Shown: positions 37,301-51,082, counted from the whole stretch's first letter. The stretch: DNA of 62,804 bases, filler included, from Phoronis australis (GCA_002633005.1; 8 parts of 8 records of this genome joined end to end with filler, not necessarily neighbours in it); one strand, 5' to 3'. Numbers and translations are program-made. Notes: generated by a model not told the origin, from the letters alone.

Positions 37301-40300
37301 ATACCACCCACTTACATCTTATACATATAGATTATTACATGGCGAAGTCGTTATGCAACGTTATCTAGAGCTCTAGATAACGGAGGATAACTACTGAGAA
37401 CATGTAATAATCCATTTATACCACATACTGAACGAGAAACATTGCATGAATCGATCTACCTTTCTCGACTCGCCTCGACTTTGTAACTACTTTCTATGTC
37501 AGAGGTCCGGGGTTGGAGGTCGTGACCTTTTAAAAAAGCCTAGCTATTTTTGTCAAAAATGCTTTTACTCAAAACCAATTGAAAATTTAAACATTACAGA
37601 AATAAAGTGAATCTATAACTTCAGTTTTAGCAACTATTACAGCTTACACATTTTATCACGCTAAGCTTCGACCGGGAAAATATCGTCTGCTAAAGTAGGT
37701 TGCCACTAGTAACTGAGTATAAAGCTCAAGTCAAAGGATCCCGACGATACGATACCCGCATTCAAATTGGGGATCGGTGATTTACCAGTGAGAGAACACG
37801 AGAGAAAAATTTCAATGAATTAAGATATCGTTTTTATGGAAATTATGCGTCTTCTTTTTCATAGCGTATAAATGTTGGTAGAATGCACTTTGCTGAACAT
37901 GCGATTGTTGCGCGTGCTCATTTAAGTATTCTATTTTCACGTTCGATGACGTCAGCTACTGAGTGATGTAGTGGTAAAGTCGGCGACTCGAAACTCTTGG
38001 TTTCCCGCCAAACTGTTATCTCACTAATGGGTTATTACACGTTTTATCTGCCATTCGACGCTAATATTGTGGTCTAATGCGAATTATTTTATGTCTATTT
38101 AAGAGTCACTGCATGAGAAAGTCAGGCAGATGCGGGAACATGACGTCAAGGATTTTTTTTGAAATATAGCTTAGTTTTACTCTTAGGTGGAATGGTCAAC
38201 ACTTAAAGTAATTTTATTTAAAATATCTAATTTCTTCACAGAAAACTGCCCCCATGAAATTTTTGGCTAGTTTATGGCTTCGGAAACCATCAAATGTTAG
38301 CTTTTTGCTGCATCACTGTGTAACGACATTTTAACAGAAACTAAGAATGACATACTGAATAAACACAACTTCTGTCTACATGAAAATGTAAAACTCATAG
38401 TTGAAACGCATTCGCAAATAAGCAAGTTTTGTTACTTATTCAACCCACCTGGGTCAAGCTGTGTAACTGGTGGAAATGCCCTTTATTCGATGGTTATTTC
38501 TGTTTTCGCGCAAAAACCCCCAGAAAAGTAACATACCACATATGAAAGCTGAACCTTTGTAGAGTACATATCTTTTAAAACATTTGTTAACAGCGACCTG
38601 TGTGTCCTGCATGCTTTGATTGAAACCACACACTTTGATGACATCGGTCGTCCTGTTCGACATTACTGTCACACTCCCATTAACAAACCAACAAAATTCT
38701 GAAGATTTATGAGTAACAAAAAACAATGTCAACAAGATCGTTAAGACTTTCAAATCTCGAAATCTGAATTACATTAAAATTCTTGCGGCTAGTTCTCAGA
38801 ACTTTACAATTAAAGCTGAAATTACGGCCTCAAAAGCATGGCGATTGTCGGTCCTGTAATGTCTGCTTGACGTCTAGTAAAGTAAAGTGATTCCGAAAAA
38901 AATAGGAACGTATTTTAACACGAGGCAACCCAAAAATCATGCTTGATTGAATTGTCATTACTAACCATACCATCCAAGTACCGAAGACCCATGGGGTGCA
39001 CTGATCCTGCAAAGGTGAAAATCTTCGAAAATGTCAAATTATTTTACGTAAGGTATCGGTGAACTTAAGTGTTTTGTTATCTAATACTCATGGAAACTCT
39101 GACTTGCAACACATAGAAAAACATATCAGTGCAGTATTTATTACACAGGGAATTTATACCATGCACCTTTGGCCATGGTTGACATCGAGCTATGGACAGG
39201 ACACTTTAGTTTCCCACCTGTAAATTGATTATAATGCATATGTGTATTACAGAAGTGTGGGTGTTAAAGCTGGTCGTGAACGTTACGTTTGGGGTATCGA
39301 GATCTTTGTTAAAAAAGAAGTAAAATGGAACCATAATCTACACACTACAATTTTTTCTAAACATCATATAAAAACAGGAAAAACGGAAAGTGCCAAAGAT
39401 TGCATCTCTGGCAGTATGCTTCCAGGGATGTTAATAATATGTAATATGTAACATATAAAAACCTCTAGGTGGAGCAGCATACATTATATTCACCTGAAAC
39501 AAGACAGTCGCTATCACATTCTTGCCAAATTCCATACACCAAGATACTTGGTTGATAAAGAACCGATAGGGGATGCCACAGCACTCAGACATGTCCTAAA
39601 ATTTATGCCTGGCATACTCTCCTCAATAATGTAACACATACATCAAATTGTACCCAGATTCATCAACAGAACTTTGTAAATATTGCGGCTCAGATAAACA
39701 AACAAATTACCCTCCGCGCGCCTCGGTGATTGCACCTATTAGAAAACCTGTCAGTCGTGATCATCTCAATAGGAACACATGAGCAAAATTTCGGAACTAT
39801 CCTCCACGCAAGTTCAAGGACAGATAGACTGCTGCCAGAAATAATAATCTTTAGTGGTACAAAATATTTTAAATCCAGCCGGAAATAGCAGTTTGTTCTC
39901 GTTTCCTCAACAGAAACAAATATACCATATTGCACGAAAATACACCAAGAAACTTGGTAGATATAGAGGCATACATAAAGAAAACCTAAATTACCGTTAA
40001 GCAGTGCTGTAGTGGCGCGTAGGCACAGGTAGGCGCAACCAACCACCTTTTGGCATTTGAACGTAGTGCCTACGCACCATACGTTCAGTGCTCAAGGTGA
40101 TACGGTGGGCTTTGGGCGCCTACTTACCTTTAATTTAATCCCTACAGCACTGCCAATGAAGGGCACCATAGGAGATCGTCCAATCAACAATCAGTGTCAG
40201 TCGTGCTCATCTCAATAGCAACATTTCTGTACAGAGTACATAGGTAAGCCAGGAAGTAGGAAAACCTGGCTGTCTCCATAACTGAAACTTATTTGCGAAA

Positions 40301-43300
40301 TTTGATGAAAATCAGTTAAGGATCTTGCTAGATAAAGAGACTAACATAAAGAAGTGAAGATGCCACTAGGGGTCCAGTGGTAGTCAAATACATCCCAAAA
40401 CTCTCTTGTGTCATCTCATTTGTAAAATTTCACATTCACTAAGGATTTGGAGATACAGCAGCAGATGTCAGACAAAAAGATCGGGATGACAGCATAATGG
40501 GCCTACACACGCATGCTTCCAAACAGTCATACAGAACAAGGCAAGAGTAATCAGACTATATAAACTTTTGCCCCACTTGATGGCTAGTCCTATGAGTGCA
40601 AAAATGACTGGTAATAACTATTACCACAGCTAATTACAGAATGTCTTAGCCACCATACTAACTTTCCCGTTTCCCTTAATTTTCAGTCACAAAGGAAGAC
40701 CACTTTGACCACGAATTCTACTTTTACCCCCGCTGTCATGACAAAGAATTCCTGGTTATTTTGTCAGGATACGTTTGGCTTGTACTGTATATTAATGCAT
40801 ACGAATAACCTGGAAATGACAGTTAAAGGGACACTCTTGGCGTGAGAAGTAATTTCACAGAAAATATGGAATCAAACTCACTAGCAACATTAGTTCATAG
40901 CAATAGACACACCGCAAGGTGCACAACAAGAATACAGTAACACTGATGATTACGATCTACATGGATACTGCTCAATATATTCAAACAACAGTTCTATGAT
41001 TGTGTCCTGCAGTTCTCGTTTGTTGAGAACACCTCACTGGATCGCTTTTTGACCAGTTTTCATGCCTTCGTTGAATGCATCAGTCAAAAACATCTTTACG
41101 CTTTCAGTCATTTAGATCAGACCTTTATGCTGACTTCAGAGCCCACCCCATTGTGCTGTATGACTCTCCTGTTGTTTGGGTACTAGCTACCTGCATTTTT
41201 ACACCTGCAAATATAAAACTCAATAAGATAGTATATGTTATCTAGTACATTGGCAGGCTACCAGAACAATAGTCAAGCACTCGTGAACACCACTCACATA
41301 CCTAATTGTATGCTGATCCCTGTTCACACAAATCAAACAAACACAGCTTTTGCAACCAATAATCAGTTCAAAAACTCATGTGACTAAGAATCATATGCAT
41401 GACTCTGGGAAGAGCGTGTGAGGAGTGTTTAAAGGTAACAAAGCTGGATGCAACACCAGGAGCCATGCTTTTTGGATAGGTAGCCATGTTTTGTGAATTC
41501 ACAAAATGAGCTTACAAAATCCAAATGCTGTGGTCATAAATCAGAGAGTTGTGCTGTTTGAGTGGTCTGATTAAAACATTAATCCACATCAAAAAATCCA
41601 GCCTAAATGTGTGCGAATGTACAAGCCATGTCTGCATAGGCTGCTGAGTAGCATGTTCCACAAAAGCTTCACCTTTTGTTGGGTTGTAATATAGAACATC
41701 ACACAGCGCATTTCCATGTTGACTATTAAGTCAAGTTGGAACAGTCAGTGACTAAAATGCACACCAAACGTTATATGTCAAACTTATGGATTTGTGATGC
41801 CAAATTGAGTTCAGCGAGCATGCTGTTAGATCATGAACTTCACCTTCTATACCAGTGACGTTGGCAGACCACTTTCTCCCCACATCAGCGATGATCTTCA
41901 AGTGCTGTTGGCTGTTTATCATGACAGCTCATGCTAACTTGCTGCTTGAGTTCGTTTTGAGAGGCAAACGATTTGTTACAGCCATCTTTTGGACACAGGA
42001 ATATCTTCGTCTTTCGATTGCTGAAACTAGTGAAAGGTCTCAATGAGGATGCAACATGACATTCCTCAACTACTAGTCATACTGGTTTGCAAGCAGAAGC
42101 AGGATTCTCCAAACCACCCCATCACCGATCACATATGCTTTCCAAGCAACCACTTTTCTTGCTGAAATAGGTAACTCAGTTGTAAGCATTAGAACACAAG
42201 TCATTTTAAAAATCAAGCTATGAAAGAATAGTCCATTCCATCGAATATTTAACTTTTGTTTCAGTCCACATACATGTACACAGCTGAAACTAGTTCTCAG
42301 ATGGTATGACTAATCACAGTGAGATTTCTGAGAAAAAAATAGTCTATTTAATTGTATACAGCCAATACTATGAATTATTAGGTAGCTCACCTTCAAAGGA
42401 AAAGTTATTAAGCTGACGTAGTCCTGGGATTGAGTGTTGAACATCCTTTGCATTCCTGAGGCTGCAAAGGTACACCTTAGCTTACAACCTGGATACTGCC
42501 ACATACGGAGCTTTGGATAGATGATCTTTTGTTCTAACAGGCTGGCCAGTTTCTTTGTCTCTCACACTCCCATTCGTGCCAGATTGCCAATCAACTTCCA
42601 TTCTTCCAAGTAATCTAGTGCGTTGACACTTTTCAGGTATTTGACAATATCTTTGTTGTAAGTAACACAGCTGCTCGCTGGCTTTGCCATTTTCCTTCAG
42701 TGCGTGACCTATTTTCGTGAACCTCATTCTGTTTCTTAGCTAAATGTCAACAACGCAATATTTCGCTAAAAGAACGCTCGAAGCAATTCTAGTTATTTTG
42801 AATAAAATTTAATATGATTTTTTATTACGATTTATTTCCAAATTGGATCATATTTTTCATANGTATGACTAATCACAGTGAGATTTCTGAGAAAAAAAAT
42901 AGTCTATTTAATTGTATACAGCCAATACTATGAATTATTAGGTAGCTCACCTTCAAAGGAAAAGTTATAAAGCTGACGTAGTCCTGGGATTGAGTGTTGA
43001 ACATCCTTTGCATTCCTGAGGCTGCAAAGGTACACCTTAGCTTACAACCTGGATACTGCCACATACGGAGCTTTGGATAGATGATCTTTTGTTCTAACAG
43101 GCTGGCCAGTTTCTTTGTCTCTCACACTCCCATTCGTGCCAGATTGCCAATCAACTTCCATTCTTCCAAGTAATCTAGTGCGTTGACACTTTTCAGGTAT
43201 TTGACAATATCTTTGTTGTAAGTAACACAGCTGCTCGCTGGCTTTGCCATTTTCCTTCAGTGCGTGACCTATTTTCGTGAACCTCATTCTGTTTCTTAGC

Positions 43301-45001
43301 TAAATGTCAACAACGCAATATTTCGCTAAAAGAACGCTCGAAGCAATTCTAGTTATTTTGAATAAAATTTAATATGATTTTTTATTACGATTTATTTCCA
43401 AATTGGATCATATTTTTCATACTTTCTGTTTTTTCGCCCTCTATTGGTGGCAGTATGAAACAGGTGAAAGTGGTTAAAGTGCCTGCGCTAAAGTCTAAAT
43501 TCGAGAATTAAAAAGGCGCTGTCCACGGAAATAACAATATCTTGTCAAAGAAGAGAGCTGTAGCTATCACAGAACCCATGTGTGGGTGGTGTGCGTTTTT
43601 GCGTGCTTGAATTACATGGGCCTCTATATAGGTGGAGGCAAGGCATTCAAAAGTGCCTTACAAATATCAAAATACGTCATTCTGATTTATTTTGGGCATT
43701 CTCAATTACAAAAAGGATAGTTGTATATAACTCAATCAAATTTTTATTTTTAAACGCCCGCAAAGTGGTCTAATTCCCCTGGAAACTTAGGGCATTTTCA
43801 ACAGTCGCGCACAAGGAATTAGGCCATTTTTTCACCCGATTTAGTTAGTCGTTATATATTTACAAAGTGACGAAAGACACAACTAATTTTTATATTTTTG
43901 TATCTAATTCACTAAATTTGAAATTCGTGACATGTCATGTTCCCATAATATTGCAAATTGCCTGACGTTCTCATGCAGTGGACTCTAAAAAGATTATTAA
44001 GCCCTGTCTTAACGATTTCAACCAACTCTCGTTCTGCCATCAATTTCAGAGAACTGGGTAGGATAGTCGTTTTTAATAATTAATCTGTTGATAGGCTAAA
44101 ACTGAATTTAGTATCCTTTAACAAACATACAACAAACAAATATATACAGTAACTGGTCTTCGCAACCAAAGAAGGTCAAACGTGGGGACGCACTTGATTT
44201 TTTTGAGTGGGATAAAAATCCAGTAGGCCATAATACCCATTTTGAGATTTTCGAGTTTTAATTTTCCTCAATTCTCTTCTTAAAAAACGCCTTGTAAACT
44301 TAAACTTGAAGGTGGCACAATAAAAACGACTAATTGTCGAATTCTGTTACAATAACCGGCTGTTTTTATCGTACATCCGTTGTCAAGCTCGAAGACACCT
44401 ACGTAAATTGGAGTGAAAAGAGGCGCACATCATAGGTTTTGTTGCAGTTTCCGCATATGCGCACCCAGATTTTGAAAAAAGCACCATGATGGCATATTGT
44501 TACTGACTTGAACCTGCCCTAAATATGAGCAAAATTTTAAATTCTTTCCGGGACACACTATTCAAAAATACGGGTACGTAGGTTTTGAGTTTTAGAACTG
44601 CTGAAACTCTGAGCAAACATTTTTATCTTTTATCTAGTCAAAGTGGGGATTTCCACCAGAAAATATATGAAAAAGAAGAAAATGATTCTGAACAGGTTTT
44701 TGTAGGACGACATAATTCTTACCAGCATCAGGGCCTACTCTCATGACGTAGTTGTGCGACACCCCACCACAAAATCCGTCCAGGTCTCCGGTGCATAACT
44801 GGGTGCATTCACTGTTTGAAGCCTTGCCAAACTTGCCAAAAGACTCGCCACATCGGCATGCATTTCCACCCTGAACACCGGCGAATTTGTAGTTATGTTT
44901 TTTGCAGGTCAACCGGCAGAATTCTCGAGTGTTTGACCAGCCTTCGAAAGCCAAAAAAGTCATATCTCGATTTCCAGCAGAATCATGGTAGCAGCCAGGA
45001 T
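34331..45001 (-). CDS. Partial gene encoding two tandem WSC carbohydrate-binding domains (internal exons only)
   Basis: Exon 45001-44723 (phase 1-1) reads DPGCYHDS...FCRLTCKKHNYKFAGVQGGNACRCG...CTQLCTGDLDGFCGG. Exon 36921-36822 (phase 1-2) reads LPGCYY...TPSYCEEIC. Exon 34497-34331 (phase 2-1) reads RKQGYGYAGVWRGTDCLCS...CTTPCSGDTSKTCG. They splice in frame and give the full WSC Cys pattern twice. Start and stop exons were not located. Confidence 0.85.
37328..37412. repeat. Nested inverted repeat with a perfect 24-bp palindrome (MITE-like)
   Basis: CGTTATCTAGAG|CTCTAGATAACG at 37359-37382 is flanked by ATTATTACATG and CATGTAATAAT. Confidence 0.8.
38103..43985 (-). mobile_element. Sola3-like DNA transposon, internally deleted and decayed, in a WSC-gene intron
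   Basis: TIRs are TTAA|GAGTCACTGCATGAGAAAGTCAGGCA and TGCCTGACGTTCTCATGCAGTGGACTC|TAAA, with further GGGAACATGAC similarity; GAG termini with a TTAA target are Sola3 hallmarks. Broken transposase pieces on the - strand are KDIVKYLK...EWKLI (about 42600), AWKAYVIGDG (about 42121-42150), FLCPKDGCNKSF zinc finger (about 41980) and GWALKS...VKMFLTDAFNEGMKTGQKA (about 41040-41150). Confidence 0.72.
40002..40152. mobile_element. Small MITE nested in the Sola3-like element
   Basis: Perfect 11-bp TIR CAGTGCTGTAG...CTACAGCACTG with internal GTAGGC(G/A)C repeats. Confidence 0.6.
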
Positions 45002-45610
45002 CTGCAAAATGTCATTGTCACAGGGTGATTTGTATTTCTTCCTTAGAGCAAGCTCATGATGTCGGTTTGTCACAAAGAGTTACTTTCAGTCTCCAAAGCA
45101 ATGTGGCCGCGAGGGTAATAATCATGCTATGAACATTCCCACTAAATAAAATTGGTTCTANNNNNNNNNNNNNNNNNNNNNNNNNNNNNNNNNNNNNNNN
45201 NNNNTTAATTAATTAANNNNNNNNNNNNNNNNNNNNNNNNNNNNNNNNNNNNNNNNNNNNGGGCTATTAACATTGCCCCGACATCAAAATGTAAAATCCT
45301 GCTTGAAAATTAGTGCTCCTTGAAACTTTAGCAACTGAAGGTCGGCATTCTCTGGTTCAAGATCATGACACCAATACTCCCAATTTTTTCACAACGTGTA
45401 GGGAATAAGCGACTTTAACGCATAATTGTTTGGGCCCCCCTAAAACTCTCCCAGATTCCATTTGACAGTTCAGGGGTGTGAATGTTTAACTGGCAAAATC
45501 CTGGCTAACACTCTGCCCTGCTCCCCCCTAACTAAAAATCCTGTATCCGCTCCTGTACATGACATCTTCATGAACATTTTTGTGTATACCTTTATCACCG
45601 GGATATTTAC

Positions 45611-45732
45611 CACATGTTGGCGCAGTGTGTACAGAGTTGAACGTTTCATCCATCAGGCATTTCATCATCGACGTTTTCCCAACAGCCGAATCACCCAGCA
45701 GCAGGACTTTATAGCTAACATCATATTCACAC
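45611..45732 (-). CDS. Exon of a Rab-family small GTPase (G1/P-loop to switch I)
   Basis: tgtag|G-CEYDVSYKVLLLGDSAVGKTSMMKCLMDETFNSVHTAPTC-G|gtaaat contains the GxxxxGKT P-loop in Rab-like context. The phase-1 donor falls at the position of the TIG| intron common in Rab genes. Confidence 0.8.
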
Positions 45733-46069
45733 CTACAGTAAACAGGGACACAGTCGGTTGTAGTGCCAATAAACGCATTTTGTGATTGTTGTTATGCAAG
45801 GTAAACTTCTTCAAGTTATTAGCTTTGGCCAGAACTATAAAACAGTAAATTCCACTGTTTTTGTCTGATTTTGTTGGACGATTGGCTACCAGTCACTGTG
45901 AATGAAACTGAGGCAGGTGACCTTTTCAGTCAAGAATGTAATCGGTTTTAGCTCTATTAGCAAAGCTTTGGATTACCACAAGTGTTGCCGCGAGGTATAA
46001 TCCATCTTGGGTCATATCTTAAACACACAACATTGTGACTGATAATGTCACTTTATGAGACTTTGTCGA

Positions 46070-46935
46070 ACGACTTCGTCATTTACCATTTTCAGAGTAT
46101 ACTCATTTGAACTACAGCATTGCAACTAGGTGGTTTTGGCAACACTAAGAAACTCAATACAACCCAGAAGAGAATCCTTAGGAATATGTCAAATTCCAGT
46201 TATAATGCTCACACTTTGCCCATATGTAAGGAACTTCACTTCCCTCTACTTCAAGACATCTTTAAAACCTCAACTGCAAAATTTTACTAGATAATCCTCA
46301 ATAATCAGCTTCCTAAGAATTTTTACACTAACAACTTAGTAGACCCATCCAATATAAACCAACCAGAAACATAACTCCTACATGCCTTCAATACTCAGCT
46401 GCTATTCCGACAACACAACCCAAAGTTTCAATTCTCCCGTCCAACAAATAGTCATCAAGGGCCTGTATTAGATTTGAAATTCCTCGCCTTTTAAACAACA
46501 ACGAAATACCAGTCTCTGCTTTTAATATGACAAAAACACACTCTTTGCAAGCATTCTCCAGGTCCTTAACCAATTTTATAATTAGCAACTATGATCCAAT
46601 CTGTCACATTTCCAATTGCTTCATATGTAGCAGTATCTAACCGTGTTCCCAAAATCTCCTGAGCTGTGCCAGTCCACTTCTTGGTTCCTGGCGTGTCGGT
46701 CGTTTTCAGCAGTAATTCACTTTCTTTTCTTAAGTATACCTCATAATTCTATATTTTCCTCTTTCGGCTTATTCACTTATTCCTACCGATTGTTATTTAT
46801 ATTATATTTATTTATTTATTTTTGTACTGGGGACCTTCTTATTAGCGGTCAAGAACCTTTAGAAGACCTCCTAATTTAAATCTCAATTATTTAATCATTG
46901 TATTATGTCTTAAATGTAAATAAAAGTCTCTCTCT
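46070..46935 (+). mobile_element. 3' fragment of an L2-group (Crack/Daphne-like) LINE
   Basis: Degenerate post-RT ORF2 reads HLNYSI...KKLNTTQKRILRNMSNSSYNAHTLPICKELHF...DIF...NNQLP, then CIRFEIPRLLN and a terminal CHISNCFIC*. A short 3' UTR ends in AATAAA plus (CT)n. Confidence 0.75.
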
Positions 46936-49802
46936 CTCCCTCTCCCTTCCCCGTCCCACTCCCCCCNNNNNNNNNNNNNNNNNNNNNNNNNNNNNNNNNN
47001 NNNNNNNNNNNNNNNNNNNNNNNNNNNNNNNNNNNNNNNNNNNNNNNNNNNNNNNNNNNNNNNNNNNNNNNNNNNNNNNNNNNNNNNNNNNNNNNNNNNN
47101 NNNNNNNNNNNNNNNNNNNNNNNNNNNNNNNNNNNNNNNNNNNNNNNNNNNNNNNNNNNNNNNNNNNNNNNNNNNNNNNNNNNNNNNNNNNNNNNNNNNN
47201 NNNNNNNNNNNNNNNNNNNNNNNNNNNNNNNNNNNNNNNNNNNNNNNNNNNNNNNNNNNNNNNNNNNNNNNNNNNNNNNNNNNNNNNNNNNNNNNNNNNN
47301 NNNNNNNNNNNNNNNNNNNNNNNNNNNNNNNNNNNNNNNNNNNNNNNNNNNNNNNNNNNNNNNNNNNNNNNNNNNNNNNNNNNNNNNNNNNNNNNNNNNN
47401 NNNNNNNNNNNNNNNNNNNNNNNNNNNNNNNNNNNNNNNNNNNNNNNNNNNNNNNNNNNNNNNNNNNNNNNNNNNNNNNNNNNNNNNNNNNNNNNNNNNN
47501 NNNNNNNNNNNNNNNNNNNNNNNNNNNNNNNNNNNNNNNNNNNNNNNNNNNNNNNNNNNNNNNNNNNNNNNNNNNNNNNNNNNNNNNNNNNGCAAGTAAC
47601 AATATAAGATCGGATGTACTATTTCATTAAGTGGGCATACGCTGTGATATGGTATCAATAGCATAAATGATGACTATAAATAAACTTGTGGCCTATCTTG
47701 TGGACTCTAGACGCACAGATGACGATGACAGATGATGTATGCCCGTAGTTCGGCAAATACTCAGGGCAATACTCACATGGAATTCTGAGCTCAGGAGCGA
47801 CAGCATTATGTGCCACCTGAGCAGACAAGGGAACTTACGAGGTTAATTACTACTGCCCACAAACTGAATCTGACAGTCTCCTCAGACTGTTTACGAACAA
47901 CAAAATATCAGCATAGGTTAACTACCACTACAGCATTATACGAAAGAGTTTGAAATAGAAAGTGAAACTTTATTCTGTTTTGCTCTAAATGCATTTAGTA
48001 AGTCTAAAACTTCGCAAATGCTAAATCGATATTTTACATACCAGTCATAGAGCACAATATGCAGACTGGATAGGCCTAACGAATTATAAGCTCTCTTGAA
48101 AGTTAACTCAGCGAGAGTCAAGATTTCCAGTGTTAGAATACAGCATGTGTAAGAAATGCGCCAACCGTCAAGGTTCATGTATTTTAATACCGGATTGAAA
48201 ACCTATGACGTGCAGCAACACGTATGCAATGCAGTTCAAAATTACGCCAAGTCGGACACAATGCATGATTATAGTGTACCGTGTTTCATAGATGCCCACG
48301 ACTTGGTATTGCATTATCAAATCCCTTTTGCACACCGCTTGATCCCTTTATCAGTAGTGCAGTCGACAAGACCTATCCCCAATAACTAGGCACGAAAAAT
48401 GTCGTTCAAACAATTACCTGCTCACATGTACCTTGATTTTACTTACATTTTAAAATTTTCAGTCAACCGTAGTCCTGTCGTCTTTCAAAAAGGCAGCTCC
48501 CATTCGGCAATGACAATGCTAATATTTTCGTAGTCTCTTCCCTATGACTCACCTGCATCATTTCGCAAGATAAGAAAAGCCTGGCCTGCAACAGTGGCCT
48601 AGAAGTTTATCAACGCACGTATCTTCAAGGAATTCGGCAAGGCATTTAACCGAGTCACCGAGAAACGTGAAGTGTCTGTTAGTCAGGAACACCATGTCGA
48701 GTTTCATACCTGAATACTAAGTTCAGATCTAGGGGTTATTAAATGCGAAGTTGGTTTAAAAACTCATACCGTTTTGCCGCGCCATTAGGCCCATGGGCGT
48801 CTGCGCGGAATTGCGCTCATGTACAATACTAGTAGACGAATGCGCCAAATATGCCAATGCCAAAAGGTCGCGAAAATTGCCTTTTCGGAAATACATGAGG
48901 CCCCTGGGCCTAACGACGTGGTAATACGGTAATGTAAAGCTATTTCTTGAAAAATGCCTTGGATCTCCAAAGATACAGAGGCAAGCGATAAAAACTGCCA
49001 CTGACTGCAAGGTACAACAGAAGTCAAAACGGGTGCGCCTACATGCGAAATAAGGTATGGGCCTAAGCACGGGACATTGTCTGGGTTTATATGCGAAACT
49101 TAGGCGCTTGCGTCAATATGCTAACCACTTGGGCAAAAAATGCCACGAAAAGGGCACTACTTAGGATATAGGCCCATGGACTTGAAGGCCCGCCAAGGCA
49201 GTGTGCACAAAACATGTGATCACAGAATAATAAACAATTGAGTTCTCACGAAAGGTGGAATGGGAGATGACAAAAATAATTTCCAGTTCAATTTCGAATA
49301 CAAAACTTAGATTACTTGCTCATAATAACAATTACTTCACAGTATGTTCGCGCATTAGGATAACGCGCCTACGTGTGAAGCTGCGTCTACATCCGGAACT
49401 CTGCACGTGTGCTTATGTGCCAAACACACGAGTAAAACCAGGGAACAAGTTTTTAGAATTTACGTGTGAGTAAGTCTGATTTGCATGTTAGAAAACTTAG
49501 ATGTTGAGGTGTTTTCAATGTTGAAAAGCTTAAAAGTATGATCAAAGTATTTAAATTAATCTATTGTTTAATCTATGGTATCTAATGTATGGTATTGTGA
49601 ATGGACAAGCGATACACAAACAACACTAATGGACATGTGTCTGCCGGTGCAAACGGCAATGGAGCAAGAAGTTAGCATTTCTTGAAAAAAAAAAACGCAG
49701 GCGCGCGAGCCCATATAAGCTAACGTAAGGTTATCAATGGAAGATAACCAATACGGTCAATAAATCGTGGACTCACGGAGAAGTAAATATCGTTTTGCTT
49801 AC

Positions 49803-49861
49803 GAACTGCATTTGCGAGAAAGTTTCCAAACAGCCTCGAAAGGTTCCCAATTCATCGACAT
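49803..49861 (-). CDS. Candidate first coding exon of the Rab-like gene
   Basis: ATG at 49861 reads MSMNWEPFEAVWKLSRKCS, then TC|gtaagc, a phase-2 donor compatible with the phase-2 acceptor at 45732. Another frame is also open, so this is tentative. Confidence 0.35.
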
Positions 49862-50671
49862 GGGCACGATCTCTCCTGCATGTAGCGAAACTGAAAACTG
49901 CAAGAAAAATCTAAATTCCAAACAAGTTGTGACATTATTCAAATGACTTTATGACCGACCTACAAAAACAAAAACAAAAAACGCGATGTTATTGCGCGAC
50001 AACAGGTCGCCGATGATACATCACTTCAAATTTGTGTCGTGGTTATATCATAGACTAATATCTATGGTTATATATGCCTGTGAAGGTGTCTTTCTTAGGC
50101 TGCAAGGTCGAGGTTTAGAAGAAAGGTTTTGACCCGTGACCAGTTTGTGGTGTCATGCTGAGCTATCTAAGATTTTCAATACTATGCTTCATTTACAGTT
50201 CTACCGTTGTTGTTGCTAAATAAGAGCAGTTCCCTCTGGCCTGACTGTCGGAGCACTGCCAACGAAACCCACCCACGGCTCTTGGCCTCTTGTGTTTAAG
50301 AACGCCAGGGGTCTGTGTTCGGCGCTGTTCTATTCAGTGTTTTTATAAATATATATATATATAATTTTCTGCGAACTAACCTGTGGTAATTTTGAGACTC
50401 ATTACTTTGAAAGTAATGAGTCTCAAAATTACGTCAAGTTACTTGGCGCAACCTATGTGTGGCCCCAGACATTCACCTGTCCTCTTCTCACATACTATTG
50501 AAAGTCAAAGCAGGATTGCACCCAGACAACCGCAACTACTAAGCAAGCTTGTGGACTATAATGGCTTGAATGGTGATGTAGATATTTGCAAGTGATTTAC
50601 ATTGTAAAACTTTTATCCACTAATTGCACTTTATCAACATGACTTTTGCAGAACGACAGACTCAACTATAG

Positions 50672-51082
50672 AGCCCTGAAATTCAGTACTTTTAAAAGTT
50701 CGTATCTATAATTTACGAGTCAAGGATGCCCTCAAGACTGTGCCGTCTGATCGAGAAAACATTCTAAAATACAGTCAATTCAATACAAAATCTCTGTGCA
50801 GTCTCCCAGCTTGAGCTTGTGTGCTGACTCAAATGTCTTCAAGTCGCTGCCAGACTCCATAAGAGAGGCCACTTTACTTTGGTTTTCTTCCATTTACTTG
50901 TTTTTATTTATTTATTTAATGTTTAATTATTCTCCCAATTCTAATATCGTCATAAGTGAATTGAGCCCACTGCTTGCCCTGGCTAAAAACAAAAAAAAAA
51001 ACAAAAAAAAACTGAGGATTCCATTTGCGGTCAAAACTTCTTTGGGGCACTGTACTATTTTCGAATTTGCAATTTCAGGGCT
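50672..51082. mobile_element. MITE-like relic
   Basis: Inverted 12-bp ends AGCCCTGAAATT and AATTTCAGGGCT, about 410 bp apart. Confidence 0.4.

Noticed and set aside
42303-43420. Near-perfect tandem duplication of about 560 bp giving twin ORFs (MRFTKIGH..., MWQYPGC...)
   Set aside because: The copies are joined at a single N (42862) and differ by only a couple of bases, which points to an unmerged contig or haplotype overlap.
46898-47664. Long ORFs in the track made mostly of X (also 30020-30793)
   Set aside because: They only span N gaps.
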